Below are positions 1 through 24,726 of a stretch of DNA of 64,000 nucleotides, one piece after another (position 1 is the first letter of the stretch; every line of letters starts with the position of its first letter). The notes under the pieces are model-generated. The model had not been told where the DNA came from and searched no databases. It saw only the letters and a list, made by a program, of their open reading frames with translations. The DNA lies in assembly GCF_055900595.2 (NCBI RefSeq), contig NZ_CM148325.1, one strand, 5' to 3'. The position numbers were made by a program, and so were the translations under genes.

Positions 1-10
1 AGGATTTATC

Positions 11-565
11 ATGACCGCGTATTGGCTGGCCCAGGGCGTGGGTGTCATCGCCTTTCTGATTGGTATCACAACATTTTTCAATCGTGACGAACGTCGCTTC
101 AAAAAGCAGCTTTCGGTCTATAGCGCCGTTATTGGCGTACATTTTTTTCTTCTGGGCACCTATCCCGCTGGTGCCAGTGCCATCCTTAATGCCATTCGTA
201 CATTGATTACCTTACGCACGCGCAGCTTATGGGTAATGGCGATTTTTATTGTGCTGACTGGCGGAATTGGCCTCGCGAAGTTCCATCATCCTGTCGAACT
301 ATTGCCGGTTATCGGCACGATTGTCAGTACCTGGGCGCTATTCCGCTGTAAAGGGCTGACCATGCGCTGCGTAATGTGGTTTTCAACGTGTTGCTGGGTG
401 ATTCACAACTTCTGGGCGGGGTCGATAGGCGGCACGATGATTGAGGGGAGTTTTCTGCTGATGAATGGCCTGAATATCATTCGTTTTTGGCGTATGCAGA
501 GAAGGGGAATTGATCCGTTTAAAGTAGAGAAAACAACCCCTTCCGCCGTAGACGAAAGGGGCTAA
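11..565 (+). CDS. ygjV: inner membrane protein YgjV
   Basis: 184 aa hydrophobic ORF from ATG; convergent with sstT as in K-12 synteny. Confidence 0.8.
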   Translation: MTAYWLAQGVGVIAFLIGITTFFNRDERRFKKQLSVYSAVIGVHFFLLGTYPAGASAILNAIRTLITLRTRSLWVMAIFIVLTGGIGLAKFHHPVELLPVIGTIVSTWALFRCKGLTMRCVMWFSTCCWVIHNFWAGSIGGTMIEGSFLLMNGLNIIRFWRMQRRGIDPFKVEKTTPSAVDERG

Positions 566-568
566 GTA

Positions 569-1813
569 TTAGTTACGCAGGGCGCTATTTGCCAGACGAT
601 CGTCTTCCGCCTGGCAAGCTGCTGCAGTGAACAGCACGTCAGTTGAAGAGTTCAGCGCGGTTTCGCAAGAGTCCTGCAATACGCCGATGATAAAGCCGAC
701 GGCAACCACCTGCATGGCGATATCGTTCGAAATACCGAACATATTACAGGCCAGCGGGATCAGCAGCAGAGAACCACCTGCCACGCCGGACGCACCACAG
801 GCGCACAGAGAAGCAACTACGCTCAACAGCAGCGCCGTTGGTAGATCCACCGGAATACCCAGCGTATTAACCGCAGCCAGCGTCAACACGGTAATGGTGA
901 TTGCTGCGCCCGCCATATTGATCGTTGCACCTAGCGGAATAGAAACGGAATAGGTATCACGATCCAGATTCAGCTTTTCACACAGCGCCATATTCACCGG
1001 AATGTTCGCCGCAGAGCTGCGGGTGAAGAAGGCGTACACGCCGCTTTCGCGCAGGCACAGCAGCACCAGCGGGAACGGGTTACGACGAATTTTCCACCAT
1101 ACCAGCAGCGGGTTAACCACCAACGCCACCAGCAACATACAGCCAACCAGCACCACCAGCAGTTGCGCGTAGCCCCACAGGGTGGAGAAACCGGTGGTTG
1201 CCAGCGTTGAAGCTACCAGACCAAAAATACCGATTGGTGCGAAACGAATGACCAGTTTCACCATAAAGGTGACGGCATTCGACATATCATTGACCAGGTT
1301 TTTAGTGGTTTCGTTACCGTGACGCAGTGCAAAACCGAGGCCAATTGCCCACACCAGAATCCCGATGTAGTTACCTTTCAGCAACGCGTCGATGGGGTTG
1401 GAAACCATGCTCATTACCAGCCCACGCATCACTTCTACAATGCCTGACGGTGGCGAAATATCACTCGCGCTACTGGACAAGTGCAGGGTAGAAGGGAAGG
1501 CAAAGCTGAAGACTACCGCGGCCAGAGCAGCAGAGAAGGTGCCCAGCAGATAGAGGAACAGAATAGGGCGAATGTTGGTTTTCTGCCCGTGCTGGTGGTT
1601 AGCAATAGATGCCATTACCAGCATCAGCACCAGAATCGGCGCTACAGCTTTCAGGGCACCAACGAACAAAGTACCTAACAGACCGACAGCTTCAGCCGCC
1701 GGTTTTGAGATCCATGCCAGAAGAATCCCCAGAACAAGGCCGACCAGGATTTGTTTTACCAGGCTGCCATGAGCCAGACGCCGGAATAGCCCCGGTGAAC
1801 GTTGCGTAGTCAT
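569..1813 (-). CDS. sstT: serine/threonine:Na+ symporter SstT
   Basis: 414 aa multi-TM ORF, ATG start, length and N-terminus [10 protein letters not shown] fit SstT. Confidence 0.92.
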   Translation of the reverse strand: MTTQRSPGLFRRLAHGSLVKQILVGLVLGILLAWISKPAAEAVGLLGTLFVGALKAVAPILVLMLVMASIANHQHGQKTNIRPILFLYLLGTFSAALAAVVFSFAFPSTLHLSSSASDISPPSGIVEVMRGLVMSMVSNPIDALLKGNYIGILVWAIGLGFALRHGNETTKNLVNDMSNAVTFMVKLVIRFAPIGIFGLVASTLATTGFSTLWGYAQLLVVLVGCMLLVALVVNPLLVWWKIRRNPFPLVLLCLRESGVYAFFTRSSAANIPVNMALCEKLNLDRDTYSVSIPLGATINMAGAAITITVLTLAAVNTLGIPVDLPTALLLSVVASLCACGASGVAGGSLLLIPLACNMFGISNDIAMQVVAVGFIIGVLQDSCETALNSSTDVLFTAAACQAEDDRLANSALRN

Positions 1814-2135
1814 TTTTCGATCCTTTCATTGTGTTGTCGCACATCCCTGGTGCGTTCTGTCGACGCATCTTTCAGGATGTAACAAAGTGTTTGCAAGGTC
1901 GAGTATAAGGAAAGTTACAGCTTCGGGAAGCGAAAAATGCTGGATTTTAAAGAGAGGTCATATTTTGCAACTTAATGGTTACATTTGTTTGACATAAAAA
2001 TAAAGCCCAACGTGCGGCTTCCAGACTGATGACAACGTCAAAAAAGTACTCGGTCAGTCCCCTCTCCCTGGAAGAGAGAGGGAGAAAACGGTGCTCATGT
2101 TGATGACAAGGTACACGGCTTAGGCAGATTAAAAA

Positions 2136-3101
2136 TCATCCCACCCGCTGCTTATCATGCCGATAATTCACCCAGGCGTTGATAATAAACGTCATCACCA
2201 GAATGCCAAACACCACACCCAGCGAAACGGCGATCGGAATATGGTAGAAGTCGACAATCAGCATCTTGATACCGATAAACACCAGAATCACTGCCAGACC
2301 ATATTTGAGCATCGAGAAACGTTCTGCTACGCCCGCCAGCAGGAAATACATCGCACGCAGGCCGAGGATCGCAAACAGGTTTGAGGTCAGCACAATAAAC
2401 GGATCGGTGGTAACAGCGAAGATAGCCGGAATGCTATCCACGGCGAAAATCACGTCGCTCAACTCCACCAGAATCAGTACCAGCATCAGCGGCGTGGCAT
2501 ACAACAAACCATTCTTACGCACAAAGAAATGCTCGTTGTCGATGGTGTCGGTCATGCGCAAATGACCGCGCAGCCAGCGCACCAGCGGCTTGTCACCAAT
2601 ACCTGATTCATCTTCATGAGCCAGCGCCATCTTCACGCCAGTAAACAGCAGGAAGGCACCGAAGATATACAGGATCCAGTCGAACTGCGAAATCAGCCAG
2701 CTGCCAGTGAAGATCATGATGGTACGCAGAACAATCGCCCCGAGTACGCCATACACGAGCACGCGGCGTTGTAATGCCGCCGGAACAGAGAAATAGCTGA
2801 ACAACATCAGCCAGACGAAGACGTTATCGACCGCCAGTGATTTCTCAATCAGATAACCCGTGAGGAAGGCCAATGCCTGAGGGTCCGCGACTTCGCGCCC
2901 CTGTGTCTGCGCCAGATACCACCAGAAAGCGGCATTAAACAATAACGACAGTGTCACCCAGACCAGCGACCAGGCCGCAGCCTGTTTCATGGTCATGGCA
3001 TGTGCCCCGCGACGCCCCTGCAACAACAGGTCGATAGCCAGCATAATGACGACAACAACAGCGAATCCGCCCCATAGCAACGGCGTGCCGACAGTATTCA
3101 T
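2136..3101 (-). CDS. alx: TerC-family membrane protein Alx
   Basis: 321 aa TerC-like ORF preceded by a long structured leader. Confidence 0.9.
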   Translation of the reverse strand: MNTVGTPLLWGGFAVVVVIMLAIDLLLQGRRGAHAMTMKQAAAWSLVWVTLSLLFNAAFWWYLAQTQGREVADPQALAFLTGYLIEKSLAVDNVFVWLMLFSYFSVPAALQRRVLVYGVLGAIVLRTIMIFTGSWLISQFDWILYIFGAFLLFTGVKMALAHEDESGIGDKPLVRWLRGHLRMTDTIDNEHFFVRKNGLLYATPLMLVLILVELSDVIFAVDSIPAIFAVTTDPFIVLTSNLFAILGLRAMYFLLAGVAERFSMLKYGLAVILVFIGIKMLIVDFYHIPIAVSLGVVFGILVMTFIINAWVNYRHDKQRVG

Positions 3102-3300
3102 AGAAGTTCCTTACACATAAAAAAACGGCCAACGTCGGAAGACGTCAGCCGCTGCTTTTTATGCATAGACCTCGCCTTCCGGCAAGGTCTCACTTACAAC
3201 AAAAAAGGAATACGTCTGCGTATTCCTTTCGGGTTGCCCGGTGACCGGATGTGGTTTTTCACACATCGTAATGACGATCGACCGGCAATGAAGTTACTCC
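3102..3300 (-). promoter_or_regulatory. sraF: alx 5' leader, yybP-ykoY (Mn/pH-responsive) riboswitch-like element with terminator hairpins
   Basis: minus-strand leader contains AAAGGGGAGUA core, a perfect hairpin AGGAAUACG-CAGA-CGUAUUCCU followed by U6, and a second hairpin plus U7 abutting the alx start. Confidence 0.5.
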
Positions 3301-3383
3301 CCTTTGCAGGTAACAAAGTATGACAGACCATTCGGTCAGTCAATGGTCTGTTACATCCCTTTTACACTGTTTTACTTTGGCTA

Positions 3384-4370
3384 TTATAGTTTTACGCTAT
3401 CTGCCGGAAAAATCACCCCGGTCTGGCGGCGGATCTCGGTCAGCAGCCTGGCGGTGATACGACTGACCGCCAGCCCTGGATGATCTACCAGATGTTCATC
3501 CACCAGGGTAGCGAACAGCTCTGCTTCGTACAGCATGGTATTAATATGCTGCGGTTGGGTAAGATCCTGCATCTGGCTGCCGCGCGGCACATAGCAAACT
3601 TTCTGGCATTCAGACAGTTTTTCAATCACCAGCGATCCCGCTTCGCCCTGAATCTCACTTGCCAGCACAGAATCACTGACCTTTGAGTGCTGCAAGGTAA
3701 CGCTGAAATCACCGTAATCCATCACCACCACGCCGTGGGCATCCACACCACTTGCCAGCAAACTGGCGGTTGCCTGCACGCTTTTCGGTTCACCAAATAA
3801 CGCCACCGCCGACGCCAGACAGTAAAAGCCGATATCCATAATTGAACCGTTGGAGAATGCCGGATTGAAGGTGTTGGGATTCTCGCCGTCCAGATAACGT
3901 TGATATCGCGAGGAATATTGGCAATAGTTGAAAAAGACTTTACGCAATTTGCCAACTTTCGGCAGTACCTGGCGTAACAAATGGAAATTCGGCAGGCTGG
4001 CGGTTTTAAATGCCTCAAACAGCACCACCTGATTTTCCCGCGCACAGGCAATGGCGGCATCCACTTCCGCCAGATTCGACGCCAGCGGTTTCTCGCAAAT
4101 CACATGAATTTTATGGCTAAGGAAAAGTTGTGTCTGGGAAAAGTGCAGGGCATTCGGGCTGGCAATATACACCGCGTCAATAGCATCACTTTCTGCCATC
4201 GCTTCCAGCGACGTAAACAGATGCTCGACAGAAAAATCATTGGCGAAGTGCTGGGCCTTTTCAAGGCTGCGGGAATAGACAGCGGTTAACTTGTATTTAC
4301 CGCTCTCATGGGCGGCCTCGACGAACTGGCGGGTGATCCAGTTCGTGCCAATCACAGCGAAACGTATCAT
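3384..4370 (-). CDS. ygjR: Gfo/Idh/MocA-family oxidoreductase YgjR
   Basis: ORF 3384..4388; start placed at internal ATG (MIRFAVIGTNWI, Rossmann N-terminus), 328 aa. Confidence 0.85.
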   Translation of the reverse strand: MIRFAVIGTNWITRQFVEAAHESGKYKLTAVYSRSLEKAQHFANDFSVEHLFTSLEAMAESDAIDAVYIASPNALHFSQTQLFLSHKIHVICEKPLASNLAEVDAAIACARENQVVLFEAFKTASLPNFHLLRQVLPKVGKLRKVFFNYCQYSSRYQRYLDGENPNTFNPAFSNGSIMDIGFYCLASAVALFGEPKSVQATASLLASGVDAHGVVVMDYGDFSVTLQHSKVSDSVLASEIQGEAGSLVIEKLSECQKVCYVPRGSQMQDLTQPQHINTMLYEAELFATLVDEHLVDHPGLAVSRITARLLTEIRRQTGVIFPADSVKL

Positions 4371-4448
4371 AACGCGTGGATACTCCATAAAGGGATTCTG
4401 CCGTCAATGTAGCACGCCTTTTTCATCTTCGACGTGCGCAGATACGCA

Positions 4449-5141
4449 TTATTCTTTCGCCGGACAGCCATGCTCGCTAAACGGCCCAATCATGACCGAC
4501 GGCCCGAGATATTTCGGCTGTCGATGGAGGATTTTCGCGTCAATCACTGCGCTGACGCGAGCGAGTTTCTCCCGCAGCTGAGTATAAAAACCATGTTTCA
4601 TATTCAGGTCTGGTGCGTTAAACCCGATGGCATCGATGCCGTACTGTTTTGCCAGCCAGATGGCGCGTTGGTTATGAAATTCTTGCGAAATAATAGTGAT
4701 ATGGCTTTCACCAAACACCTTTTTGGCACGCACCACCGAATCAAGCGTTGAGAATCCGGCATAGTCGCAGAAGATGACTTTTGCGGGTACGCCTTTAGCG
4801 ATCAAAGCCTGCTGCATGCCTGAGGCTTCATCGTAATTTTTACGTCCGTTATCGCCGCTCACTAGTAGCCATTTCACTTTTCCGGCGTGGTACAACTCTG
4901 CGGCGGTATCAATGCGTCGGGTAAAGTAGCGATTACCCGGCCTCGCCCCCAACAATAAACCCACGTTGCGTGTTGGAACGGCGTTAACATCGTTCCAGGT
5001 CAGCTGTTTGCTGGCGTTGACCATTGCGCGATCGGCGATAAAAATTGTCGCTCCTGCCACAAGTAACAGTAAGCAGGCAATCTTTAGAGTCCGGCGAGAA
5101 AAACAAACGCGGCGAAAAAGGCGGGCAAATGCGCGCAGCAT
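4449..5141 (-). CDS. ygjQ: DUF218 (ElyC/SanA-like) membrane-anchored protein YgjQ
   Basis: 230 aa ORF, ATG start, N-terminal TM segment. Confidence 0.85.
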   Translation of the reverse strand: MLRAFARLFRRVCFSRRTLKIACLLLLVAGATIFIADRAMVNASKQLTWNDVNAVPTRNVGLLLGARPGNRYFTRRIDTAAELYHAGKVKWLLVSGDNGRKNYDEASGMQQALIAKGVPAKVIFCDYAGFSTLDSVVRAKKVFGESHITIISQEFHNQRAIWLAKQYGIDAIGFNAPDLNMKHGFYTQLREKLARVSAVIDAKILHRQPKYLGPSVMIGPFSEHGCPAKE

Positions 5142-5218
5142 GGTCGTTATCCTTAACGAAAGGGGGGGAGGTCGATTTTAGGCGCTAAAGGAGGAAAAGA
5201 TAACGCCTGACATCATTT

Positions 5219-5722
5219 TCAGATTTTGTCCTGCCCAAGCGACAACTGCGTTAGCCACAGCCGGGTGTCGAACTCAAGCTGGTGGTACTGCGGTTCCATA
5301 TGACAGCACAACTGGTAAAACGCTTTGTTGTGCTCTTTCTCCTTCAGGTGCGCCAACTCGTGCACCACGATCATGCGCAAAAACGGTTCCGGCGCGTTGC
5401 GAAACACGGTAGCGACGCGGATCTCTGCTTTTGCTTTCAGCTTGCCGCCCTGCACACGCGAAACAGCGGTATGTAACCCGAGCGCGTTTTTCAGCACATG
5501 GATCTTGTTGTCATACATCACTTTATTGATCGGTGGAGCATTACGCAGAAACTGATTTTTCAGATCCTGAGTATATTGCCAAAGGGCTTTATCGGTGGCG
5601 TAGTCGTGTGTTCCCGGATAGCGTTTTGCCAGCACATCGCCCAGACGCTGTTCATTAATCAGCGTGCGCACCTGGGAAAGCAACTGTTCGGGATAACCCT
5701 GAAGATAAGTAAGATTGCTCAT
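5219..5722 (-). CDS. ygjP: HExxH metal-dependent hydrolase YgjP (WLM/SprT-like)
   Basis: [11 protein letters not shown] motif; start set to ATG at codon 13 of the ORF (167 aa); ORF track start is GTG. Confidence 0.8.
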   Translation of the reverse strand: MSNLTYLQGYPEQLLSQVRTLINEQRLGDVLAKRYPGTHDYATDKALWQYTQDLKNQFLRNAPPINKVMYDNKIHVLKNALGLHTAVSRVQGGKLKAKAEIRVATVFRNAPEPFLRMIVVHELAHLKEKEHNKAFYQLCCHMEPQYHQLEFDTRLWLTQLSLGQDKI

Positions 5723-5806
5723 AACCGCCCACGAAAAAGAGAAAAAGGGTATACTCACGCACCCTTTTCAGGGGCAACGTCGAAATTTTATCATTCAGGA
5801 GGGCCG

Positions 5807-6943
5807 ATGAGCCACTTAGACAACGGTTTCCGTTCACTGACACTACAACGTTTTCCGGCGACGGATGACGTTAACCCGCTACAGGCGTGGGAAGCGGCAG
5901 ATGAATATTTGCTGCAACAGTTGGACGACACAGAAATCCGCGGCCCGGTGTTAATCCTGAATGATGCCTTTGGGGCGTTAAGTTGTGCGCTGGCGGAACA
6001 TAAGCCGTACAGCATTGGCGACTCATACATCAGCGAACTGGCGACGCGCGAGAATTTACGCCTCAACGGGATTGATGAATCGAGCGTGAAGTTTCTCGAC
6101 AGCACCGCTGACTACCCGCAGCAGCCGGGCGTGGTACTGATCAAAGTGCCGAAAACACTGGCATTGCTGGAACAGCAACTGCGCGCATTGCGCAAAGTAG
6201 TCACGCCGGATACACGTATTATTGCCGGTGCTAAAGCCCGTGACATTCACACCTCCACGCTGGAACTGTTCGAAAAAGTGCTCGGCCCGACCACCACCAC
6301 GCTGGCATGGAAGAAAGCGCGCCTGATTAACTGCACTTTCAACGAGCCGCCGCTGGTTGATGCACCGCAAACCGTTAGCTGGAAGCTGGAGGGTACTGAC
6401 TGGACTATCCACAACCATGCGAATGTCTTCTCACGCACCGGGCTTGATATTGGCGCGCGCTTCTTTATGCAGCATCTGCCAGAGAATCTCGAGGGTGAGG
6501 TTGTCGATCTCGGTTGTGGTAACGGCGTTATTGGCCTGACGCTGCTTGATAAAAACCCGCAGGCGAAAGTGGTGTTTGTCGATGAATCACCGATGGCGGT
6601 TGCTTCCAGCCGTTTGAATGTTGAAACCAACATGCCAGAGGCGTTGGATCGCTGCGAGTTTATGATCAACAACGCGCTCTCCGGCGTGGAGCCGTTCCGC
6701 TTTAATGCTGTGCTCTGCAACCCGCCGTTTCACCAGCAACATGCACTGACCGATAACGTTGCCTGGGAAATGTTCCACCACGCGCGCCGCTGCCTGAAAA
6801 TCAACGGCGAGCTGTATATCGTTGCCAACCGTCACCTGGATTACTTCCATAAACTGAAGAAAATTTTTGGCAACTGCACCACCATTGCCACAAATAATAA
6901 ATTTGTGGTGCTGAAAGCGGTGAAGCTGGGGCGTCGTCGGTAA
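5807..6943 (+). CDS. rlmG: 23S rRNA m2G1835 methyltransferase RlmG
   Basis: ATG at 5807 after AGGAGGG RBS; 378 aa; NPPFH methyltransferase motif; the upstream ORF extension overlaps ygjP. Confidence 0.9.
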   Translation: MSHLDNGFRSLTLQRFPATDDVNPLQAWEAADEYLLQQLDDTEIRGPVLILNDAFGALSCALAEHKPYSIGDSYISELATRENLRLNGIDESSVKFLDSTADYPQQPGVVLIKVPKTLALLEQQLRALRKVVTPDTRIIAGAKARDIHTSTLELFEKVLGPTTTTLAWKKARLINCTFNEPPLVDAPQTVSWKLEGTDWTIHNHANVFSRTGLDIGARFFMQHLPENLEGEVVDLGCGNGVIGLTLLDKNPQAKVVFVDESPMAVASSRLNVETNMPEALDRCEFMINNALSGVEPFRFNAVLCNPPFHQQHALTDNVAWEMFHHARRCLKINGELYIVANRHLDYFHKLKKIFGNCTTIATNNKFVVLKAVKLGRRR

Positions 6944-6954
6944 GATTGACAGCT

Positions 6955-7050
6955 ACCTGCCGGATGCGGCGTAAACGCCTTATCCGGCATACGTTCAGCA
7001 CATTACCCCCAGGTCGGATAAGACGCGGCAAGCGTCGCATCCGGCAATGT
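6955..7050. repeat. REP/BIME palindromic units
   Basis: GCCGGATGCGGCGTAAACGCCTTATCCGGC and a second inverted REP copy. Confidence 0.7.
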
Positions 7051-7198
7051 CTGCCCAGTTCTGGAATCGCGCTTCCATAAAACAAAAAATCCCTGTCACC
7101 ATCCTCTACATTCTCTTGTTTAGCGTTTTTCTACGTTTATTCTTCCGTCACACAGATAAATTCATCCGTTGCCAATTTGTCAACGGACGTGATGAAGA

Positions 7199-7513
7199 AT
7201 GCACCTGATAACTCAAAAAGAATTGAAAGATGCTGCGGAAAAATACCCGCAACATAAAACGGAGTTGGGGGCTCTGGGGAACACGATTGCTAAGGGATAT
7301 TTCAAAAAACCTGAGTCATTAAAAGCAGTATTCCCTTCTCTGGATAACTTCAAATATCTGGATAAGCATTATGTTTTCAATGTCGGGGGCAATGAATTAC
7401 GTGTTGTAGCAATGGTCTTTTTTGAATCGCAAAAGTGCTACATACGTGAAGTTATGACGCATAAAGAATACGATTTCTTTACCGCCGTTCATCGTACTAA
7501 GGGGAAAAAATGA
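7199..7513 (+). CDS. higB: type II toxin HigB (mRNA interferase)
   Basis: 104 aa ORF, 4 bp ATGA overlap with downstream antitoxin gene. Confidence 0.9.
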   Translation: MHLITQKELKDAAEKYPQHKTELGALGNTIAKGYFKKPESLKAVFPSLDNFKYLDKHYVFNVGGNELRVVAMVFFESQKCYIREVMTHKEYDFFTAVHRTKGKK

Positions 7514-7926
7514 TTGCGATTGCCGACATCTTGCAAGCAGGAGAAAAGCTAACTGCTGTGGCACCTTTTCTGGCGGGTATTCAGAACGAGGAACAATACA
7601 CCCAGGCGCTGGAACTGGTAGATCATCTGCTGCTCAACGATCCTGAAAACCCCTTGCTGGATCTGGTGTGTGCCAAAATAACCGCGTGGGAAGAATCAGC
7701 GCCCGAATTTGCTGAATTTAATGCCATGGCTCAAGCCATGCCTGGCGGTATAGCTGTGATTCGTACCCTTATGGATCAATATGGTTTAACCCTTTCCGAT
7801 CTGCCGGAAATTGGCAGTAAATCGATGGTGTCACGCGTTTTGAGCGGGAAGAGGAAATTAACGCTGGAACACGCTAAAAAACTGGCAACGCGATTCGGCA
7901 TTTCTCCCGCCTTGTTTATTGATTAA
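7510..7926 (+). CDS. higA: type II antitoxin HigA (HTH-XRE)
   Basis: 138 aa ORF translationally coupled to higB. Confidence 0.9.
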   Translation: MIAIADILQAGEKLTAVAPFLAGIQNEEQYTQALELVDHLLLNDPENPLLDLVCAKITAWEESAPEFAEFNAMAQAMPGGIAVIRTLMDQYGLTLSDLPEIGSKSMVSRVLSGKRKLTLEHAKKLATRFGISPALFID

Positions 7927-7933
7927 CGCGACG

Positions 7934-7957
7934 TGCCGGATGCGTCACATCCGGCAC
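7934..7957. repeat. single REP-like hairpin (possible bidirectional terminator)
   Basis: GTGCCGGATGCGTCACATCCGGCAC between convergent higA and fadH. Confidence 0.6.
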
Positions 7958-7970
7958 TTCAAATAACGAT

Positions 7971-10016
<2,046 letters not shown>

Positions 10017-10116
10017 TTATGTGGTCGGATGAGTTCTAATTTAGCCGTCGCTGGAGAAAAGGGAAAAGGGGAGTGCGGGGTTTGTGATGGGAATCAAAAA
10101 GAATACGCTGGTGGTA

Positions 10117-10204
<88 letters not shown>

Positions 10205-10213
10205 CGTTGCAAA

Positions 10214-15265
<5,052 letters not shown>

Positions 15266-15277
15266 ATGCCGCCGTAA

Positions 15278-20537
<5,260 letters not shown>

Positions 20538-20578
20538 AACAATCGGATGGCGACGTCGTATCGCCATCCGATTTGATA

Positions 20579-22069
<1,491 letters not shown>

Positions 22070-22298
22070 TTACGCAATATTTAATGCTATTTGTTAACAT
22101 TTGCTGTTATTTTGCACGGTCTATATTGGGTATGGATGTGGTGATCGCTGCGCAAATGCACGCTTTCAGGGCAATAATTGCCTGATTTTTGGGCAACATA
22201 ATTAACGTTTTCGTATAGTAACAGAGTGAAAGTATTTTAAATCAAGGAATTAGATTTGTGCTTTAATCGCAAATTGCGATCTAAATCAAATTAATCGG

Positions 22299-22328
22299 TT
22301 AAAGATAACCGCAGCGGGGCCGACATAA
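22299..22328 (+). promoter_or_regulatory. candidate sigma28 (FliA) promoter for aer
   Basis: TAAAGATA-N11-GCCGACATAA resembles the TAAAGTTT-N11-GCCGATAA consensus, about 50 bp upstream of the aer ATG. Confidence 0.5.
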
Positions 22329-22375
22329 ACTCTGACAAGAAGTTAACAACCATATAACCTGCACAGGACGCGAAC

Positions 22376-23896
22376 ATGTCTTCTCATCCGTATGTCACCC
22401 AGCAAAATACCCCGCTGGCGGACGATACCACTCTGATGTCCACTACCGATCTGCAAAGCTATATCACTCATGCTAATGACACTTTTGTGCAGGTGAGCGG
22501 CTATACCTTGCAGGAGTTACAGGGGCAGCCGCACAATATGGTGCGTCATCCCGATATGCCAAAAGCGGCGTTTGCGGATATGTGGTTCACCCTGAAAAAA
22601 GGGGAGCCCTGGAGCGGCATCGTGAAAAATCGCCGCAAAAATGGCGACCATTATTGGGTGCGGGCCAATGCGGTACCGATGGTGCGCGAGGGAAAAATCA
22701 GTGGCTATATGTCGATTCGTACCCGGGCGACGGATGAAGAGATTGCGGCGGTGGAGCCACTGTACAAAGCGTTGAACGCCGGACGTACCAGTAAGCGTAT
22801 TCATAAAGGCCTGGTGGTGCGTAAAGGCTGGCTGGGAAAACTGCCTTCATTGCCGCTTCGCTGGCGGGCGCGTGGAGTGATGACGCTGATGTTTATCTTG
22901 TTGGCGGCTATGCTTTGGTTTGTTGCTGCCCCGGTGGTGTCATATTTCCTCTGTGCGTTAGTGGTATTGTTAGTAATCGCCTGTTTTGAATGGCAGATTG
23001 TGCGCCCGATAGAAAATGTCGCCCGTCAGGCACTGAAGGTGGCGACCGGAGAACGTAATAGTGTTGAGCATCTGAATCGCAGCGATGAGCTGGGGCTGAC
23101 ATTACGCGCGGTAGGGCAGCTTGGCCTGATGTGCCGTTGGCTAATTAACGATGTCTCGAGCCAGGTGTCCAGTGTCAGAAACGGCAGCGAGACGCTGGCG
23201 AAAGGCACTGATGAACTGAACGAACATACCCAACAGACGGTTGATAATGTTCAGCAAACGGTGGCGACCATGAACCAGATGGCGGCGTCGGTGAAACAGA
23301 ACTCTGCCACGGCGTCGGCTGCCGATAAACTTTCGATCACCGCCAGTAATGCGGCCGTGCAGGGCGGGGAGGCGATGTCCACGGTGATCAAAACGATGGA
23401 CGATATTGCTGACAGTACCCAGCGCATTGGCACCATTACTTCGCTGATTAACGATATTGCGTTTCAGACCAATATTCTGGCCCTGAATGCGGCGGTGGAA
23501 GCGGCGCGTGCCGGAGAACAAGGCAAAGGTTTTGCAGTGGTGGCAGGGGAAGTGCGTCATTTAGCCAGCCGCAGTGCTAATGCCGCCAACGATATTCGCA
23601 AGCTGATTGATGCCAGTGCTGATAAGGTGCAATCCGGTTCGCAGCAGGTACACGCCGCCGGACGGACGATGGAAGATATTGTGGCGCAGGTAAAAAACGT
23701 CACCCAGTTGATAGCTCAGATTAGCCATTCAACGTTGGAACAGTCCGATGGGCTTTCCAGCCTGACCCGTGCAGTGGATGAGCTTAACCTGATCACCCAG
23801 AAAAACGCCGAGTTAGTGGAAGAGAGTGCGCAGGTGTCGGCGATGGTGAAACACCGCGCCAGCCGACTGGAAGACGCGGTGACGGTGCTGCATTAA
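22376..23896 (+). CDS. aer: aerotaxis receptor Aer (PAS-FAD plus MCP signalling domain)
   Basis: 506 aa; N-terminal PAS, central TM hairpin, C-terminal methyl-accepting domain. Confidence 0.93.
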   Translation: MSSHPYVTQQNTPLADDTTLMSTTDLQSYITHANDTFVQVSGYTLQELQGQPHNMVRHPDMPKAAFADMWFTLKKGEPWSGIVKNRRKNGDHYWVRANAVPMVREGKISGYMSIRTRATDEEIAAVEPLYKALNAGRTSKRIHKGLVVRKGWLGKLPSLPLRWRARGVMTLMFILLAAMLWFVAAPVVSYFLCALVVLLVIACFEWQIVRPIENVARQALKVATGERNSVEHLNRSDELGLTLRAVGQLGLMCRWLINDVSSQVSSVRNGSETLAKGTDELNEHTQQTVDNVQQTVATMNQMAASVKQNSATASAADKLSITASNAAVQGGEAMSTVIKTMDDIADSTQRIGTITSLINDIAFQTNILALNAAVEAARAGEQGKGFAVVAGEVRHLASRSANAANDIRKLIDASADKVQSGSQQVHAAGRTMEDIVAQVKNVTQLIAQISHSTLEQSDGLSSLTRAVDELNLITQKNAELVEESAQVSAMVKHRASRLEDAVTVLH

Positions 23897-23900
23897 TCGG

Positions 23901-23999
23901 TATGCCGGATATAGCCGTTTGTACACAATGCCTGATGCGATGCTGGCGCATCTTATCAGGCCTACGGGGTGTGTAGGGTACGCCGCATCCGGCAATCGG
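23901..23999. repeat. REP/BIME palindromic units
   Basis: GCCTGATGCGATGCTGGCGCATCTTATCAGGCCTAC and GCCGCATCCGGCA copies. Confidence 0.6.
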
Positions 24000-24002
24000 T
24001 GA

Positions 24003-24626
24003 TTAATCCAGTTGGGTAATATCAAAAGCGGCGCGGTCGATCACCGCAATGATCTTTTTTATTTGTGCATCAGTGATATCGCTCTGGTTGACGCGTAAAT
24101 CCAGCACCGCTTTAAAATTATCCAGTGCCCGCTTCATTTGCGGGTTCTGACGGAGTGCAGCACCAACGCAACGCGCTTTGATGCGTTCTTCGATCATCTC
24201 CACCTGTTCGCGGTTTTCTTCCAGCCACTGCGCGCCCTGTTCGGTCAGCGCAATCTGCTTCTTACCACCTTCCTCTTCGCGGATGGTAATTAGCGACTGC
24301 TCCTGAAGAAAATCCAGCGTCGGGTAGATGACGCCCGGGCTTGGGGTGTAATTTCCCTGGGTCAGATTTTCAATCGCTTTAATCAATTCGTAACCGTGGC
24401 TGTCATCGCGCGAGAGAATATCCAGAATCACCAGACGCAATTCGCCGTGACCAAAGAAACGTTGCCGACGACCGCCGCCGCGACCGTGGCGACCACCGCA
24501 GCATTGACCGTGTTCATGCTGGTGACCGTGTCCACAGTGTTCATGTTCTGATTTCTCACCTTTGCAGCAGCCTTCATGGCGTGGCTGGCCTTCATGTTTA
24601 CAACACCCTTCGTGATGATGGCTCAT
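24003..24626 (-). CDS. yqjI: PadR-family repressor YqjI with His/Cys-rich N-terminus
   Basis: 207 aa; N-terminus MSHHHEGCCKHEGQPRHEGCC... then PadR-like winged helix. Confidence 0.9.
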   Translation of the reverse strand: MSHHHEGCCKHEGQPRHEGCCKGEKSEHEHCGHGHQHEHGQCCGGRHGRGGGRRQRFFGHGELRLVILDILSRDDSHGYELIKAIENLTQGNYTPSPGVIYPTLDFLQEQSLITIREEEGGKKQIALTEQGAQWLEENREQVEMIEERIKARCVGAALRQNPQMKRALDNFKAVLDLRVNQSDITDAQIKKIIAVIDRAAFDITQLD

Positions 24627-24644
24627 ATCAGCCTCCTTTTGCTT

Positions 24645-24662
24645 AATTAGATATATCTAATT
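24645..24662. promoter_or_regulatory. perfect 18 bp palindrome AATTAGATATATCTAATT (candidate YqjI operator)
   Basis: exact inverted repeat 19 bp upstream of the yqjI start; related copy TTAGATATATCTGA at 24877-24890 ahead of yqjH. Confidence 0.5.
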
Positions 24663-24726
24663 TATATCTGATGTAAGCATTAGTGCAAGTGTAAAAATGA
24701 TTTTTAAACGTGGACTCATCTCACAC

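Noticed and set aside
5498-5806. N-terminal extension of the rlmG ORF (481 aa version)
   Set aside because: The extension overlaps ygjP on the opposite strand; a strong RBS precedes ATG 5807, giving the expected 378 aa methyltransferase.
22070-22375. AT-rich 300 bp patA-aer intergenic region as a possible small gene or sRNA
   Set aside because: No ORF with an RBS and no terminator-like hairpin; better explained as promoter/regulatory DNA for the divergent genes.
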